NCBI GenBank assembly: GCA_958009085.1
Contig: OY253668.1
Span: 124,001 to 188,000 of the forward strand
Source: Protoeuglena noctilucae
Lineage: Eukaryota
Length of the DNA: 64,000 nt
Reading direction: 5' to 3'
Made by a program: the position numbers and the translations under genes. Shown one piece after another: positions 60,174 through 64,000 of the stretch (positions are counted from its first letter, which is position 1; each line of letters starts with the position of its first letter). The notes beneath the pieces were generated by a model. The model had not been told where the DNA came from. It searched no databases and saw nothing but the letters and a program-made list of their open reading frames with translations.

Positions 60174-60669
60174 GGTGGCCACAGACGAGCTCTCGGGAGG
60201 CCCGACAGGGCCGGACAGCGGGGAAGGACGAGCAATTCGCAACCTGACGGTCGAGTGTCGCCGGTCCTCGGCGCGCCCCTCTAGCTGCCTGCTTTCGTCA
60301 CAAGCTCGCAATAGGAAACGCGGGCGAGGGGAGCCTCTCAATTCCTTTGCTGGCTCGCCGCGGCCCATCTGGCATCAACCAGTCTGACCAGCGGTGCGCA
60401 TGTCCACGCGAGCGCGCCCATCGCCAGCAGCATGCACGTTCAAATCCCGGCCGATCCGGCCGATCTCACACCTCAGCGTCGCGGGCTGAGAACACGCCAA
60501 AAATTCTCTGCGGCATGCGTGCGGATCTCCAGCTGAGCGGACCCGTCCCTTCGTGCCTCGCCATTCACGTGCGGGCCAAATAACTCTCCCAAACTGGAAA
60601 CGCAACGTCTTGGATCGCGAAGTCCATCACTTGCTTCTGGGCAAGGCCCGGGGTGTTGCAATCAACTCA

Positions 60670-63600
60670 ATGTCCGCGGTCGACGACATCTGGGCCAAGC
60701 TGAAGGCGGAGTCACAGCCACAGAGGCAGCAAGGAGGTGACTGCGCTTTCTGTTTGCCCCCAAGCCCAGGGGATGCGCGTAGGCCATTTTTGCATGCGGT
60801 TTCCAGAAGCCCTGCGCCCGTGCCCGGCGCGCTGCGGCCCGCGCGCCATCCACCGGCAATCATGTTGTCGTAAGAAGCCGTGGTGTGCAGCTCACGGCGC
60901 CAAACACCCGCCATCTCATGCATCCCAGACCTCCTCGCAGGGACGAGCCATCCACCCCCAGCGCTGGCATCGTTGGAGCGCCCAGCTGCCGCAACCAGAT
61001 CCCGGCATGCCCCATCAACACCCCAGCTGGACCCTTACCTCGCTCACTTCCTCGGCAAGGCGTCGGTCGCTGCGGCACAGACGCCCGCGGCCCCATCGCA
61101 GGATGCCGACCCCAAAGACCAAGCAGATGCCCCGCCTATGGCAGGCGCACGCGAATGGCCCAGCCTGGAGGCGGCCCTGCAGAAGGACCTCAACACCCTG
61201 CAGGACCCCGATGCGGCCGTGCGGCTGCGGGCGGTGGGGAGGGTGGAGGCCGCACTGACGGGGCCGCTGCACGACGACGGGGTTCTGGCGGACGCCCTCG
61301 AGGGCTCTGTGGGCCGCGCGCTTCTCCTGCGCTTCGCCGACACCTCAGAACGCGTGCGGGAGGCGGCTGCCTGTCTGGCGCTGGGCCTCATCCAGCGTGC
61401 CCCCGACTCCGCGATGTCCGTCATGCCATACGTGATGCCGGTACTGGAGGAGCGCCTCATCCCGCTCGCCCAGGGCACAGGAGGTACCGGTGCAGGCGCG
61501 CGTACAGCTGGGGCTGCCCATGCCCCTGGGGCCGTCTACACCGACCCTGCCAGAAAGATGCTGGAGCCGTCTGAGACAGGCGAGGAGCGCAGCTGGTGCT
61601 GTGACTCGGCAGCAGCGATCGCTTTGATGCCTGAGATGTCATTCCAGCCTGCGGTAATACCTGTGCCCACCCTCACGCCCCGATCAAGAGCGCCCTTGTC
61701 GGTCTGTGCAGTGCGTCTCCTGTTGCTGCGCATCGTCCGGTGCCTCGTGGAGAGCCTGGAGGCGGGGTGCGCCGCGTACGCTGGGGAGGTGTGCGAGATT
61801 GTGCGCAATGCTGCAGAGGACCCCTTCCACGGTGAGGGGCCGGCCCACGTGCGATCAGTCATGTCGCTCTGCTACTACTGATAACATCAGCCGCATCGAC
61901 CGCCGCGAGAGGTGACCGCCCATGCGCCTGCCCCTGCCCACGCGCCCAACTCTGCCCTCGCGTGCCGCAGAGGTGAACGACGAGGCATGCCAGGTAGCGG
62001 GCCTCTTGGCACGTACCCTGGGGCGCCGCCTGCAGCCGCTCTCCAAACAGCTCGTGGCCTGGATCGCGCCTCTGACGACGCACCGACGGCACCGCGTCCG
62101 CGTGGCGGCTGTCCGTGCGCTGCAGGAGGTGGTGATGGTGGGTGCCCATGAGATGATCCTCGAGCTCATTGCGTGGAAGGACCCCAACGTGGTGCCCATC
62201 AAGGCGTTCTATGAGGTGACCAGGCGGGCGCAGATGTTGCACGTTACAGGTCATGCGCCACGCCCTGGACTGGCACGTGGCAACGTGCAACGTGCCCTGC
62301 GTGGCGCAAGCGGGGTGGGCGGCTGCCCCTCGACGCGCTACACGCACCAAGTGCTCGTTTTGGCACGCGCAGGGCGAGACCAAGGTCAACTTCTTCGGCA
62401 AGCTGGCGACGGATGCGAGCCAGCCGGTGCGTGAGGCATTCCTGGATGCTGTGGGGTCGTGGGTCACGTCCCTTGCGGAGAGGAAGGACCACGAGGAGAG
62501 GCTCTTACCCTACTTACTGTCGGGGCTCAACGACGATGCGCCGGGCGTGGCCGAGCGTGCGGCGCGGTGGCTCGACCAGCTGGGGGAGCTCTATGAGAGA
62601 GACAAGGCAGAGGAACTCAAGGACAAGGCGAGTATCAATGTTTGTGTCAACATTCATGTCTCTGTGGTCACTTGGGATGCGCCAAAGCCCCTGGGATTCA
62701 CCGCCAGGTGTTGCGTGTGGCGGGGTCGGTCGCTGACTCCGCCCGTTCCCCCACCCCGCCCGCAGCTCACCTACCTGGATGCGGAGGCGCACGGCCACGG
62801 GTGGATGCCCGCACACATGGTAGCGCGGCTTGAGACCCGTCCCTACCCCTGGCCCCTGCGCGGGCGGCCCCGGCTCGGCTGTCGGATGCTGGTCCAAGAG
62901 GCGTTCAATCGCATGTACTTCCCCATATGCCAGGAGCTGGTCAGCTGGCAGGACGTGCCCAGGCTCAAGGCTGCCGCCCTCCTCCGCACCTTCTGCCTGT
63001 TCCTCGAAGACTACGCCGCACGCATGCTGCACAAGGCGAGATCAGGCGCATGCATGGGGAGGACTGCGCTGCTGTGGGTCGAGAGCGTCTGCTTGAGAGG
63101 TGTTGCGGCGAGTTAGGAGGACAAAGGATGGCATGGGCTGTGCTTAACACAGCAGCAACCCCAGTGTCTCTCATACCAACCCCAGGTGGTCCCCGCCGTC
63201 ACTGCTGCTGTCGCCAGCCTCCGCCCTCCGTCAGGGTCCTGGGGCGGCGCGGGCCTCAGTACCGACGGCGCGCGATGCATGGGCTTCTTGGAAGAGGCGT
63301 GCCACTTGATTGGCGAGACCACCGAGCCACAGGCAAGGACAGACACTGAAGAGATTGGAAATGCCGGCAGGACCCTGCCTGAAGCATGCCACTCGTGCAC
63401 TCATCCTGCAGTCGATGCTACGTGCATAGTTTCATCCTCTGCGTCGCAGATGTACCTCAAGCTGCTCCTGCACCGCGTCGGCCCTGCAAATGAGGACACG
63501 CGCCTCCGTGCGGCGTCATTGCAAGTGCTGTCGTGGCTGCTAGGGGGCGCGAGGGTTCGGGGGGACGTGCGGCCGCACCTGGCCGCGATCGTGGGCGCCC

Positions 63601-64000
63601 TGTCGGACGACGCTTTGCTCCGGAGCCATGCGGCGCTGCCCAAGTGGGCGGCCGCCGAGTGCCTGGGCAGCGCGGTCGCGGCGTCCGTGGCGGTCGCGAC
63701 CGTGGACCCGCGGTGGGATAAGGACCCGGAAGAGGCGCGGAAGGTGAGACGGGGGCTTGGGAGGGCCGGGAGTGAGTTGCTGGCCGTTGTTGACGACTAG
63801 GGGCTCTGACCCACGAGTTGGCACGTGGCGTCTGGCGCTGACGGAGAGCAAATGAGCCGTCGCAGGAAAAGGAGCGTCGGCTCCGGCAGCGGGAAGAGGC
63901 GGCGCGGGACTGGGAAGAGCGGCGACGGTCGGTGGGCGACGCGGCTGCTGCCGACCCAAACCCATACGAGCTCGGCCCGGACGACCACTGGATCGACCTG
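60670..64000 (+). CDS. DNAAF5: HEAT-repeat dynein axonemal assembly factor DNAAF5/HEATR2-like, continues past window end
   Basis: LQKDLNTLQD..R, LLLRFADTSERVRE, EPSE..RLLLL, DPFH|EV..EAC, HRRHRVRVAAV, SWV..L.ER.D.E.RLLPYLLSGLND, RPRLGCRMLV. Confidence 0.85.

Overview
Eukaryotic, GC-rich (green-algal-like) nuclear DNA with many spliceosomal introns, standard genetic code and one 200-N assembly gap (15755-15954). About 20 genes, mostly in head-to-head pairs: an ODF3/SHIPPO-repeat ciliary protein, OEP24-like porin, SEC23, SIN3 (3' part), a membrane class III nucleotidyl cyclase, MTR4/HEN2 helicase, RING-CH E3 ligase, pseudo-response regulator, aldo-keto reductase, phytol/farnesol kinase, FSA/TalC-family aldolase, YacP/Rae1-like NYN nuclease, M50 protease, RETICULATA-related protein, a histone H3-H4 pair with 3' stem-loops, complex I KFYI-like subunit, glutathione reductase, CNK2-like NEK kinase and DNAAF5. 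The most unusual signal is in the introns. About 20 introns carry 1-3 'echo' copies of the adjacent exon end plus its splice site, and these copies differ from the real exon mostly at synonymous codon positions. In addition, about 22 introns (roughly a fifth) need GC rather than GT donors. Gene coordinates are genomic spans including introns, deduced by eye; several 5' ends are uncertain.
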